From an uncultured Verrucomicrobiae bacterium (lineage in GTDB: Bacteria > Verrucomicrobiota > Verrucomicrobiia > Limisphaerales > Palsa-1400), in contig CAVXRD010000002.1 in assembly GCA_963764165.1 (NCBI GenBank), forward strand, positions 704,001-768,000: a DNA stretch of 64,000 nt, read 5' to 3'. Of the stretch, positions 47,582 through 57,367 are shown one piece after another (position 1 is the first letter of the stretch; every line of letters starts with the position of its first letter). The notes beneath the pieces are model-generated. The model was not told the DNA's origin. It saw nothing but the letters and a program-made list of their open reading frames with translations, and did not search any database. A program made the position numbers and the translations under genes.

Positions 47582-49774
47582 CTACGCTTTGACGGAGGTC
47601 TTTTCGGCCCCCTTTTCTGAAGTCTTCTTTTCCTCTTTGCTGCCGTAGTGGCCGTAGCCGTAACCGTGGTAGTAAGAGTAGTAGTACGCGCCTCCCAGAC
47701 GGCGATGCGGGAGCAGATTCAAAACCACCCCGCTCAACGGGGCGCCGGCCCGCTTAAGCAATTGCACGGCGCGCTCCACACCTTTGCGGGAGGTCTTGTA
47801 ACCGTGAACCACCAGCATGACGGTCTGGACTCTGTCGGCCAGCAAAAGAGTGTCGCTGACCGGAAGGACTGGCGCGGTGTCAATAATGACGCGGTCGTAG
47901 TGGGCCAGGCAGTCCTTGAGCAATTGGGTGAAATCAACCTGAGAGAGCAATTCCGATGGGTTTGGAACGGACGTGCCGCTGGGCATCCAGCTAAATTTGG
48001 CGATTTCACCGTGCTGGATGCATACTTCCTCCAGCTTTTTCCGGCCCAATAAATAATCAGTCACACCGGGGAGGATGTGACGCTTGTCGGTGAAAAAGTT
48101 TTCCACCATCGGACGGCGCAAATCCATGTCGATCAGCAGAACGCGAAGCCCCTGCTGGGCCAGGCTGGCGGAAAAATTCAACGCGGTAAACGTTTTGCCT
48201 TCGCCTGGCAGTGAGCTGGTGAAAAGATATGTCCGGCGATCCTTCTCTTTTCCGAGCATGGAAACAGTCGCGCGCAGCGTGCGAAACACTTCTGCGCCGG
48301 ATGAATTGGAGTCGCCGGAGGCCACCAATTTGGCCCCCTCTTTGGGCAGCTTTGGAACCGTCCCCAACACGGGCAGTGCGAGATACTGCTCCACTTCGTC
48401 CACCGTCCTGAACGAGGTGTTCATGGCCGATAGCATAAAGCTTAGGCCAAACCCAAGCGCGAATCCGCCGAAGATCGCCAGGGCAAAAATGGCCTTGATC
48501 TTGGGCGAGGCTGGCAATTCAGGAATCAACGCCGGCTGAACCAGCTTGATGCGTTCAGGAGTGATTTTTTCCGCCACGGAGGTTTCGCCAAGGCGCTTGT
48601 AGAGCGCGTCGTATTGAAGCTTGTTCGCTTCAACCTGCCGGACGAGCACGTTATACTGCACCGCGGCATCGCTCAATTGCATCGCATTGCTTTCCGCGCT
48701 CTTTTCCTCGAGTTCCAAACCTTCCTTGGCGGTCTTGGCATTTTCGTAAGCAATCCGCAGGCCTTCTTGCGTCCGCGCCCGCGCGCGCAGCACGGTGGTG
48801 GCCAGTTGAGCCTTCAGCGCCTTCACCGATTCAGCAGCCTGGATATATTTCGGATGCTTTTCCTTATAGCGAAGACGGATCAACACAAACGAGTCCTCAG
48901 CGCGCTGAACTTCGCTGGAAGTTTGGACCACATCCGGATCAGTTGAAATCTGCGAATAAGCCATCAACGCCTCGATGTTGGTCGACATCTTCATCGCGTC
49001 ATTGTAAGCGCCCTCAGCTTGAACAAACGCGGCTTTGCTTTGGGTCAGGCGAGCACTGATGTTTTGCAATTGCGGGGTGACGATGTTCTGGTTTTCCTGC
49101 AGCGAGATGGTGCCATTCGTCCTCCGATAGTTTTGCAGATTCGTTTCCGACATTTCCAATGTCGCGCGGGCTTTGTCTGCCTCAAGCTTTAGAAACCCGC
49201 TCGCTCCGATGGTGGTGGCGCGCTGCATGGAGGCATCCTGCCCGAGATAGCTGTCCACCAAAGAGTTTGCCAGATCCGCAGCCAGGGCAGGACTCGTGTT
49301 TCGCACAGCAATATCAATCAAGCGAGTATTCCGGCGCAGCGTGGTTTTGACGTTTTTCGAAAACTCTGTGATGATTTCCTCGCGCGACACGATATTGGAT
49401 CCGTTGGTCACAGCATAGCCTTGCGCCGGGAGCAGATGATTGGTGATCAAAACCTGTTCCAGCAGCACAGGGTTGCAAAGCTTTTGAACAATGGTGTTCA
49501 AGACGTCCTGGCTTTGGGCGTCCGCATGCACGACAGCTTCGGCATCCATGATCTTGGCGTCCTGTTGTTCCACTTGAACCGTGCTCACCGCCTCATAGAT
49601 TCGGGTGGCGTGCTTGACGTAGAGCGCAGCGGCCACGACACAAAGGACAACGCAGGTCAGGATCAACCAGCCTTTATCCAGAAGCAGCCGCACCACCCCA
49701 TGCAAGTCCATGGACGAATGCGGCGTGCGAGCCTCCTGCTGTGGATTAAGGTCGAGAGGGTCGAGATTTGTCAT
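47582..49774 (-). CDS. wzc: Polysaccharide co-polymerase / BY-kinase (Wzc/GumC)
   Basis: Two TM helices with coiled-coil periplasm; EVFRTLR, GEGKT Walker A, IDMDLRRP, IIDTAP and tyrosine cluster YYYSYYHGYGYGHY. Confidence 0.93.
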   Translation of the reverse strand: MTNLDPLDLNPQQEARTPHSSMDLHGVVRLLLDKGWLILTCVVLCVVAAALYVKHATRIYEAVSTVQVEQQDAKIMDAEAVVHADAQSQDVLNTIVQKLCNPVLLEQVLITNHLLPAQGYAVTNGSNIVSREEIITEFSKNVKTTLRRNTRLIDIAVRNTSPALAADLANSLVDSYLGQDASMQRATTIGASGFLKLEADKARATLEMSETNLQNYRRTNGTISLQENQNIVTPQLQNISARLTQSKAAFVQAEGAYNDAMKMSTNIEALMAYSQISTDPDVVQTSSEVQRAEDSFVLIRLRYKEKHPKYIQAAESVKALKAQLATTVLRARARTQEGLRIAYENAKTAKEGLELEEKSAESNAMQLSDAAVQYNVLVRQVEANKLQYDALYKRLGETSVAEKITPERIKLVQPALIPELPASPKIKAIFALAIFGGFALGFGLSFMLSAMNTSFRTVDEVEQYLALPVLGTVPKLPKEGAKLVASGDSNSSGAEVFRTLRATVSMLGKEKDRRTYLFTSSLPGEGKTFTALNFSASLAQQGLRVLLIDMDLRRPMVENFFTDKRHILPGVTDYLLGRKKLEEVCIQHGEIAKFSWMPSGTSVPNPSELLSQVDFTQLLKDCLAHYDRVIIDTAPVLPVSDTLLLADRVQTVMLVVHGYKTSRKGVERAVQLLKRAGAPLSGVVLNLLPHRRLGGAYYYSYYHGYGYGHYGSKEEKKTSEKGAEKTSVKA

Positions 49775-49823
49775 ATAATGTCTGCGTATATCGGCAATTG
49801 CGGTTCAATAATAATGCTCAAGC

Positions 49824-50444
49824 TCAAAACACCTTCTCCGGGATATCGATAATGTCATCCGGCTGAATCTCGAAGGGCTTCTCTTTCGAATTCTTCGACA
49901 TTTTATCCGCATCCAAGGTATAGACTTTTTGCTGGCCGTTTTCTTTACGGCGAACCTTGACGGCCTTCGGGGAGCCAATGCGGGAATAACCGCCAGCCGT
50001 GGCAATCGCCTCCAGCAAATTCACCGGCCGGTTCGGGGGAAAATTGTAAACCCCGGGTTTTGTGACATTCCCCATGACAGAGTATTGGCGTTCCGCATAG
50101 TGCTCCACCAAAAGGTTGACTTGCGGGTTGACCAGATAATCCTTGCCGTATAAATCTTGGATGCGCTGGCGCGCCTCGCTCGCCGTCAACCCATCGACGC
50201 TGACTTGGCCCAGAAGCGGAAGCATGACCAGGCCCTTCTTGTCAATAGTCGTTTTAATCGCCAAGTCCTCCTCCTGATAAACGCTTATGGCGATGACGTC
50301 GTTTGGACTGAGCTTCCGATCTGCTTCCACCGCCGGGGCAGCGGGGGCTGATTGATCTTTGGGATCAGCAAAAAGCGTTGTGGACCAGATACTTCCAACG
50401 GAAACAAATGCAAATACTCCGATTCTGAGAATACGCGAAATCAT
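49824..50444 (-). CDS. wza: Short OPX polysaccharide export protein (Poly_export + one SLBB)
   Basis: LSPNDVIAISVY, LPLLGQV...GLT, YLVNPQV, VMGNVTKPG and AIATAGG; no lipobox Cys and no C-terminal helix. Confidence 0.88.
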   Translation of the reverse strand: MISRILRIGVFAFVSVGSIWSTTLFADPKDQSAPAAPAVEADRKLSPNDVIAISVYQEEDLAIKTTIDKKGLVMLPLLGQVSVDGLTASEARQRIQDLYGKDYLVNPQVNLLVEHYAERQYSVMGNVTKPGVYNFPPNRPVNLLEAIATAGGYSRIGSPKAVKVRRKENGQQKVYTLDADKMSKNSKEKPFEIQPDDIIDIPEKVF

Positions 50445-50619
50445 AGATAAACAACTAACAGCGTGGAATTATATACGCCGCGCGGATTATAGCAAGTTTT
50501 TTCTTACTCTCTTACCCGTGTTTTCCCTAGTGCCGATACCCCATATTAATTTCCCCGAGAAAACAACGGACCTGCTGGGCGGACGAGGTGCCGCGGTAAG
50601 CAAATTGTTTCCTTCAATT

Positions 50620-51130
50620 GGGCTCCTCAACCGGAATGTAGCGGGTCTGTAGCGGCTTTGTAGCCCCAATGTTGGGTTCCTCAACGTTTTCGGTGGAATA
50701 GAATCCGGGCACTCGGCCACGAATTAAAACGAGCGACGGGGCGGCTGCGAGCCACAGCTCGCGCCCCGTCGCGGTCGGACAGCGAAACGCTCATTTACAA
50801 CAACTTACCCATGAATGGCTTACAACTATTGGATGGCCCTGAGATGAGGCAGCGAGATTCCCCTGGATTACTGATGTCTGCACCTCCTCAGAGGTTTGGT
50901 TGCTCGCAACCGGGTTTACACGAACTTCTATTCCACTGAAAACGTGGAGGAACCCAATGTTGCCCCTTATCTCGTTGATGGTCAACCGTGTAGCGGGTGT
51001 TGCGGGTTTTTCGGGATTATATGCACATTCACAGATGTGCTCTTCCGGTGGTCCTGCGTTGGTTTCTCCAAGCGGAACTCCGGCAACGTCTGCACAGGGA
51101 TTCTCATTCCAACGAAAACGGGGAGGAGCC
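50620..51130. mobile_element. Degenerate outer element related to MITE 11320-11639
   Basis: Shares TGT(A/T)GC repeats and an identical 46-bp core (50958-51003 = 11467-11512). Right end CTCATTCCAACGAAAACGGGGAGGAGCC; left end only a GGGCTCCTCAAC remnant; no target duplication found. Confidence 0.55.
50674..50955. mobile_element. 282-bp MITE with 30-bp TIRs and 6-bp target duplication, nested in the outer element
   Basis: GGGTTCCTCAACGTTTTCGGTGGAATAGAA versus right-end reverse complement GGGTTCCTCCACGTTTTCAGTGGAATAGAA (28/30); AATGTT at 50668-50673 and 50956-50961. Confidence 0.85.
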
Positions 51131-51135
51131 TCGCA

Positions 51136-52629
51136 CTAAGGCGTGATCCGCCTGGACAGCGTGCTCAAGACGCAGCAAATGACGAGAAACAGCGTCAGAA
51201 CCGAATGCACCTGCATCGGGAAGTCAAAACACGCATGCACCATGCAACCCGCCAGCGAAAGCCACAAAAACATCGCAAAATAGCCGTTCCCATGGACGCC
51301 GCCGCTCCAAAACCAATGCGAGAAGATCAATATGAGTGAGAGAAAAATGGGCGCCGCGCCAACCCAGCCAAAAGTGATGACCGCTTCCAGCCAATCATTA
51401 TGCATGTAAGAAAGCGCCTCGTCCGAGCGCGACCGGCGATAGAGCTGGTGCATGGATTCAAATGTTCCCGGGCCGGTGCCGAAAACAGCGTTGTCCCGCG
51501 CCATGTAGTGTCCGGTTAAATAAAGCCCCGCCCGCGAATCATATCCCTCGTGAATCATTTCCATGCGGGGCGCCAGCGACTCCCATCCCAATAAAATCCC
51601 CGTTCCAACCACGGTCGTCAATACCAGCAGGATGCCCGCCTTGAGCGACCAGTGTCCCGACTTCTGGGCAGTCCACAAAATGACGGAGGACATCACCAGG
51701 TTTGCCATCAAAATCAGGAAGCCGCCGCGGCTGGCGGATATGGCCGGGCCAATCGCCATGATCGCCACACAGGGCAGCAGCATGGCAAAGCGGCTTTTCC
51801 TGGAATGGCTGTCGGCAGGCCGGCGGCGGCGCGTGGCCGACACGGAAGCCCACCAAAATCCGAGAACAGCCGTCCAAAGCAGGTTCAAATATTGCGCGGC
51901 GTTGGCGCGATACGCATAGGGGCCAAATTGCTGGACGGATTCAGTGTTGATTCGCGGCACGACCGTCCAAAGCAGCTTGTTTCCTCCTTCGACGCGCTGA
52001 ACAAGGCCTTGCATGGCGAGCGCGGCGCCATTCAGGGCCAGCAGCCAAAACAACCGCCGCAATCTCAAAGGCAGCCTCGACCCAGCTTGAAACAAAAACC
52101 CTTCCTCCTCAACCCGCTGAATTTCCCTTGGCGCCATCGTCAAAAGCCAGTCGCGCAAGGCCCAGAAAAAACCGGCCAGTCCCAGCAACTGCCAAAATTC
52201 ACCCCAAGTGCTGTCCTGGTCGTAACTATGCGGAAGCCATGGAATGGCAGGAAGATAGTCGAAGCTCCAGGCATTCGGATGGTAAACCGCCCGCGCATTG
52301 ACCGCGCTGACCAGGCAATATCCGAGAATAAGCAGGGTGCCCGCAAAAAGAAGTCCGCTGAACCATCGCTCACGCCGCAGCAGCCGTTCCGGGTTCGTGT
52401 TGGTTGAATACTGGATCCACCGCGCCGGACGATAGCCAAGAACTCGCAGAGCCTGCTTGACCAGCCACAGAAAACCCAGAACGAATCCCACGCCGTTCAT
52501 GACGTGGATGGACCACGTTTGGGTTGTCCCAAATGCCCACGGCCCAAACAATAATCCCAGATAGATCAACAACTCAGTGATCCATTCACAAACCCGGAAA
52601 ATTGTGGCAAGAGCACTGGACATCATCAA
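51136..52629 (-). CDS. O-antigen ligase-family membrane protein
   Basis: Polytopic; FGPYAYRAN, SASRGG, FGTGPGTF, HNDWLE and HACFDFPMQ. Confidence 0.85.
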   Translation of the reverse strand: MMMSSALATIFRVCEWITELLIYLGLLFGPWAFGTTQTWSIHVMNGVGFVLGFLWLVKQALRVLGYRPARWIQYSTNTNPERLLRRERWFSGLLFAGTLLILGYCLVSAVNARAVYHPNAWSFDYLPAIPWLPHSYDQDSTWGEFWQLLGLAGFFWALRDWLLTMAPREIQRVEEEGFLFQAGSRLPLRLRRLFWLLALNGAALAMQGLVQRVEGGNKLLWTVVPRINTESVQQFGPYAYRANAAQYLNLLWTAVLGFWWASVSATRRRRPADSHSRKSRFAMLLPCVAIMAIGPAISASRGGFLILMANLVMSSVILWTAQKSGHWSLKAGILLVLTTVVGTGILLGWESLAPRMEMIHEGYDSRAGLYLTGHYMARDNAVFGTGPGTFESMHQLYRRSRSDEALSYMHNDWLEAVITFGWVGAAPIFLSLILIFSHWFWSGGVHGNGYFAMFLWLSLAGCMVHACFDFPMQVHSVLTLFLVICCVLSTLSRRITP

Positions 52630-52796
52630 TCTGGAGAGTTCAACGAACCAGACTGCGAGCGCAAAGTAAAGATGAATTGGCCAGCGGGCCTCCGCAGGCG
52701 CCGGACAAAATTATTCTGCCGCTGTGTTTCGCTGAAGGTGGCAGAGAACTCTCGCCTCTGACGGACGATCGAATCGAGGACTTCGACCGCGCCTGC

Positions 52797-54281
52797 TTAA
52801 TACGCATTTTTCTGCTTTAGGAACGTCATCATCATGATTCGGAAATCAAGGCCGACGCTCCAGTTTTCGACGTACCAGATGTCATAGCGAATGCGTTCTT
52901 CCAGGCTGGTGTTGCCGCGCCAGCCATTGACTTGAGCCCATCCCGTCATTCCGGGCAGGCACGTGTGGCGCGCGTGGTAATGGGGGATCTTATACTTGAA
53001 TTGGGAGATAAGCTCCGGGCGCTCCGGGCGGGGTCCGACGAGACTCATATCGCCTTTGAGAACATTCCAGAACTGGGGAACCTCATCAATGTTCCATTTG
53101 CGCATGAAAGCGCCCACCTTCAGGCGGCGGGGGTCGTTTTCCTTGCACCATTGCGCGCCCGCCGTTTCCGCGTCCAGGCGCATGCTGCGGATTTTATACA
53201 TTTTGAAGGATTTGCCATTTCGGCCCGTGCGGTGTTGGCAATAGAAGATAGAGCCGGGCGATTCCCGATAGACGAGAAATCCAAAAATCGCAATCAACGG
53301 CGCGGCGATGGCCATGCCGACCAGCGCGCCCACTAAATCAATCATCCGCTTCAAGACGCGATTCGAGAAATAATCCAACGCCATTTCGCCAACGCCGAGA
53401 ACGGGAACACCGCTGATGGATTCCAGCCGCAGCCCGGAGGCTAGAATTTGGAAATAGGACGGAATGACCTTGAACTGCGCAAACTCCATTTCGCACAGGT
53501 TTACCAGGCCAATAATTTCTCCCATGGGCGCGTAGAGATCCGCCAAAATGACAATATCCGCCTGGCGTCGTTCCAGAAGGCCGACCAGATTCTGGTAATC
53601 ACCCAGCACTGGCACCGTTTCTGGCGGCCTGGTGTGAAGCCTGCCTTGCGGGGAGGGCACACAGCCGACAATAGTATATGGGTGGTTATCGTCTTCGCTG
53701 ATTTCCTTTTCCAGTTGGTCTGCCTCCTTGCCCCAGCCGACGAAGAGCACACGCTGGCGCAAATTAAACGCGAGCGCCTCCCAGTGGGTGATCTTAAAAA
53801 GGAGATAGCGCCAACCCAGCATCATCACCAAAAGACACACAGAAGAAGACACCATGAATGCTCGCGAGATGGGCGGATCGAACTTTAGAATCAAGCTCAC
53901 CGCCATGTAGGCGAAAAACCAGAAAATCGCCCCTTGAATCAGCACTTTGGCGGTAAGGTGAAACCGCTTGAAAATACGACGGCTATACAGCCTCAAATAA
54001 CAAAAAGTCCCCACCAAAAAAGATGTTCCGACCGCGAGGAGATTGAAGTAATCCGCAAAAATCAAATGCTCGCCCCCGTGTCCCAGCGGAATCATGCCCG
54101 AAGAAAATCGCACCCAATATCCGAGACAAAGGGAGGCGTAAATGACAACCGCATCCAAAAGAAGCGCAATCGTAAGGACAAATTCGGCAGTCGGCTGCCA
54201 GAAATACTCGCGCCGCGGGGTCGACGACGGAGCAATAGACACAGGCTCTTCTACATTAAGCACTTCGAGTTTAGCATTCAT
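52797..54281 (-). CDS. Priming polyprenyl-phosphate glycosylphosphotransferase (WcaJ/WbaP-like)
   Basis: KRMIDL, F.MYKIRSM, DPR, IDEVPQFWNVLKGDMSLVGPRPERP and PGMTGWAQVNG. Start 54281 or 54311. Confidence 0.93.
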   Translation of the reverse strand: MNAKLEVLNVEEPVSIAPSSTPRREYFWQPTAEFVLTIALLLDAVVIYASLCLGYWVRFSSGMIPLGHGGEHLIFADYFNLLAVGTSFLVGTFCYLRLYSRRIFKRFHLTAKVLIQGAIFWFFAYMAVSLILKFDPPISRAFMVSSSVCLLVMMLGWRYLLFKITHWEALAFNLRQRVLFVGWGKEADQLEKEISEDDNHPYTIVGCVPSPQGRLHTRPPETVPVLGDYQNLVGLLERRQADIVILADLYAPMGEIIGLVNLCEMEFAQFKVIPSYFQILASGLRLESISGVPVLGVGEMALDYFSNRVLKRMIDLVGALVGMAIAAPLIAIFGFLVYRESPGSIFYCQHRTGRNGKSFKMYKIRSMRLDAETAGAQWCKENDPRRLKVGAFMRKWNIDEVPQFWNVLKGDMSLVGPRPERPELISQFKYKIPHYHARHTCLPGMTGWAQVNGWRGNTSLEERIRYDIWYVENWSVGLDFRIMMMTFLKQKNAY

Positions 54282-54517
54282 GGATTGACTCAATCGGGCG
54301 CTTTTCCCCATTACTAAAATGCAGATTGGCTACGATCAGGGTTAAAACCACAAAAACCGATTGATTGGCGCCGCCCTTCACCGGATTCCAAGCTGCTTAA
54401 AGGCCCTATATAAAGCAAGGTTTCTGGCGCGGAGCCATGCTCACATGTTGCCTTGGACGCTTACAAAATGCAAGAGTTCTCTTCAAAAAAGTTGGTGCGG
54501 GAGGCGGCAGACCCCAT

Positions 54518-55477
54518 TCAGCACACAGATGCGCCGGCTCGAAACCATTCCACAAATTGCGGTATGCCCCTCTCGATGCGGACCTTGGGCGCATAGCCAA
54601 GGTGGCGTGCCGACTTTGAAATGTCGGCGTACGTCACGGGCACGTCGCCAGATTGCATGGGCTGCCCGTCGATGACCGCCGGCCTGCCGAGAGCCCGCTC
54701 CAGCAGTTCTATCAGCCGCTTCAGGGTGACGGGTTCTGAACCGCCCAAATTGAAGATATCGAATCCGAATTCTCTTTTTGTGCAGGCCACGACGCCGTCC
54801 ACAATATCGCTGACGTATGTATAATCCCGTGCCGTCATGCCATCCCCAAAAACGGGAATTGGTTTCCCAGCCTCAATCAGCCGGGCAAATTTGTGAATGG
54901 CCAGGTCGGGACGCTGGCGTGGGCCGTAGACGGTGAAAAATCGCACCATCACCACGTCCATCCCGTAAACATGATGATAAACATGGCCGAGCGATTCACA
55001 GGCCAGCTTGCTCGATGCGTAAGGAGAAATGGCCGCGAAAACAGGATCACTCTCCGCGAAAGGGACTTTCGTATTGACCCCATAAACGGAAGAAGAGGAG
55101 GCCAGGATCAATTTCTTGACGCCAGCGCGACGGGCCGCCTCCAGGACGTTTACGGTGCCGATGACATTGACTTCCTGAAAGGCGGCCGGCTCGGCCAGGC
55201 TTTGCCGGACTCCCGCCCGGGCCGCCAAATGGATCACTTGATCAAAGCCGGCCGTTTCGAATAACTCGTTCAGGGCGCCTGTATCCGCCAAATCTGCCTC
55301 CACAAAGGCAAACGGCTTTTGGAGAGCGAAAATCTCGCTTAAATTTTGCCGTTTTATTTCGGGACTGTAGAAAGAACTTAAGCAGTCGTAGGCCCAGACC
55401 GAATGGCCTTCCAGCAGCAAACGCTCGCACACATGGGAGCCGATAAAGCCCGCGCCGCCCGTGACGAGTACTTTCAT
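54518..55477 (-). CDS. NAD-dependent nucleotide-sugar epimerase (UDP-glucuronate 4-epimerase-like)
   Basis: TGGAGFIGSH, HLAARAGVR, ASSSSVYG, SPYASSK and RFFTVYGPRQRPDLA. Confidence 0.88.
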   Translation of the reverse strand: MKVLVTGGAGFIGSHVCERLLLEGHSVWAYDCLSSFYSPEIKRQNLSEIFALQKPFAFVEADLADTGALNELFETAGFDQVIHLAARAGVRQSLAEPAAFQEVNVIGTVNVLEAARRAGVKKLILASSSSVYGVNTKVPFAESDPVFAAISPYASSKLACESLGHVYHHVYGMDVVMVRFFTVYGPRQRPDLAIHKFARLIEAGKPIPVFGDGMTARDYTYVSDIVDGVVACTKREFGFDIFNLGGSEPVTLKRLIELLERALGRPAVIDGQPMQSGDVPVTYADISKSARHLGYAPKVRIERGIPQFVEWFRAGASVC

Positions 55478-55523
55478 GGCTGAACTCGCTGCGCCGCGAA
55501 CTTAGAATGTAGGCCTGATGTTC

Positions 55524-56501
55524 TCAAACAGCCGTTGCCAACTTTTCTGCCGTGCCAGCCGGATTCGCCGCCGGGGCGAAAAGCCGCTGGTAATCCGCAT
55601 AAGCAAGCCGGATTCCCGTTTCCATGTCAATCCGCGGCTTCCAGCCCAAGGCGAAGATGCGCGAACTGTCCATCCATTTGCGCGGCGTCCCATCAGGTTT
55701 GGATGTGTCCCAGACAATCTCGCCGGAAAACCCGACAATGCGGCGGACCATCTCGGCAAGCTCTTTGATCTCCAAATCGGATCCGCAGCCGATGTTGATG
55801 AATTCCGATTCGCTGTAATGATGCATGAGATAGACGGATGCGCTGGCCAGATCGTCCGCGAATAGAAATTCGCGCCGGGGCGTCCCGGTGCCCCAGCACG
55901 TCACCGACGGGGCGCCGGATGTTTTTGCCTCGTGAAATTTGCGGATCAAGGCGGGCAGGACATGGGACTGCTTGAGATCGTAGTGATCGTTAATGCCATA
56001 AAGGCTGGTTGGCATGGCGCTGATGAAATCGCACCCATACTGGCGGCGGTAAGCCTGGCACATCTTGATGCCCGCAATTTTCGCCACCGCATACCATTCG
56101 TTGGTGGGCTCGAGCGGCCCTGTCAATAAATGCTCCTCCTTGAGCGGCTGCGGAGCCAGCTTCGGGTAAATGCACGAGCTTCCCAGGAACAACAGCTTCT
56201 TGACCCCGGAAAGATAGGCGGAGTGAATCAGGTTATTCTGAATCTGCAGGTTTTCGTAAAGGAATTGCGCGGGGTAAGTGTCGTTGGCAAGAATGCCGCC
56301 GACTTTGGCGGCCGCCACGATCACATACTCCGGTTTCTCCCGCTCAAAAAAGCTCTTCACCGCGGCGCTGTCCACCAAGTCCAGTTCCGCGTGGCTTTTT
56401 CCGATTAATCGTGTGTGGCCCAGCCGCTGCAGTTCGCGCCAAATCGCGCTGCCGACAAGGCCCCGGTGTCCGGCCACATATACGCTCGAATCCGTATTCA
56501 T
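55524..56501 (-). CDS. fcl: GDP-L-fucose synthase
   Basis: AGHRGLVGSA, AAKVGGI, LGSSCIYPK, LEPTNEWYAVAK, WGTGTPRREF and KPDGTPRK. Confidence 0.95.
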   Translation of the reverse strand: MNTDSSVYVAGHRGLVGSAIWRELQRLGHTRLIGKSHAELDLVDSAAVKSFFEREKPEYVIVAAAKVGGILANDTYPAQFLYENLQIQNNLIHSAYLSGVKKLLFLGSSCIYPKLAPQPLKEEHLLTGPLEPTNEWYAVAKIAGIKMCQAYRRQYGCDFISAMPTSLYGINDHYDLKQSHVLPALIRKFHEAKTSGAPSVTCWGTGTPRREFLFADDLASASVYLMHHYSESEFINIGCGSDLEIKELAEMVRRIVGFSGEIVWDTSKPDGTPRKWMDSSRIFALGWKPRIDMETGIRLAYADYQRLFAPAANPAGTAEKLATAV

Positions 56502-56721
56502 ATAAAAATCAGTCTGTTGCGCGGGCGCCCCTCCATGAACTCGCAAGCTCTGGAAACCTTGCGGCATCACCAATTTGATCGATTCAATACCGCATCAGCC
56601 ATCGCGCTGAAGAATGGAACCAAAATTTTCTGGTGACAAATCAAAAACCGACGAATCTCCCCACCGGCCTTTGCCGGAAACCTGTTTTCGAGCGAGCATC
56701 GGACGTGCATCCGTCTTGCCG

Positions 56722-57240
56722 TTCCTGAGTTCGTGAGTTCCAGATTATTCCATTTCCGATATTGTATATTGCGAGGGATTGAATGCGTGCAAAGGATGGA
56801 ATGTGCATGAACTCAGAAAATGGGTAACATCGGTTACATTGTTGATTCTCAACAAGATGCAGAGTAACATTTCAGCTACACGTCGGTAACATGAGTAACA
56901 AACCGCTACATTTCTTCCAGCGAGAGCCGGGTTGCCTGCCAGACTTCGCCGGAACCCTGTTTTGCAGGGTGCAACGGGGTTGCAAAAACGGTAGGTGCAA
57001 TAGGGTGCAATAGAGTGCAACGGCTCTTTGCGGCGAAACCCGTTGAATGCAACCCTGTGGACTTTTCTTGGGATTCCTCTGCGCACTCATCTTCTTTGCG
57101 CGAAAGTTTTTTTCCATATAAAATGGCATAGACGCATTCTGGCACGCGGTCGCCGAATAAAAAACCTACCGGAGGTTTTTCACCACGATTTTTTGGGAAA
57201 TATTGCATATTTTTGAATCTGGAACCACGGAACGACGGAA
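56722..57240. repeat. Repeat-rich non-coding region with helically phased hexamer arrays
   Basis: G(T/C)(A/T)ACA at 56824, 56833, 56864, 56875, 56886, 56895, 56905 around TTGTTGATTCTCAACAA; GTGCAA at 56969, 56995, 57005, 57015; imperfect inverted arms at 56722-56746 and 57216-57240. Confidence 0.7.
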
Positions 57241-57367
57241 AAGGGCCTGCTGCAACCGGTTTGGAGGATTTCTCTGGCCGATTGGAACGGCGGTCAGTTT
57301 TTTGTGAATTTTTGTGATTTTGCTTGCAGGCACTCGCGCTCTTCTGAAATACATGAGCTCCGTAGGC

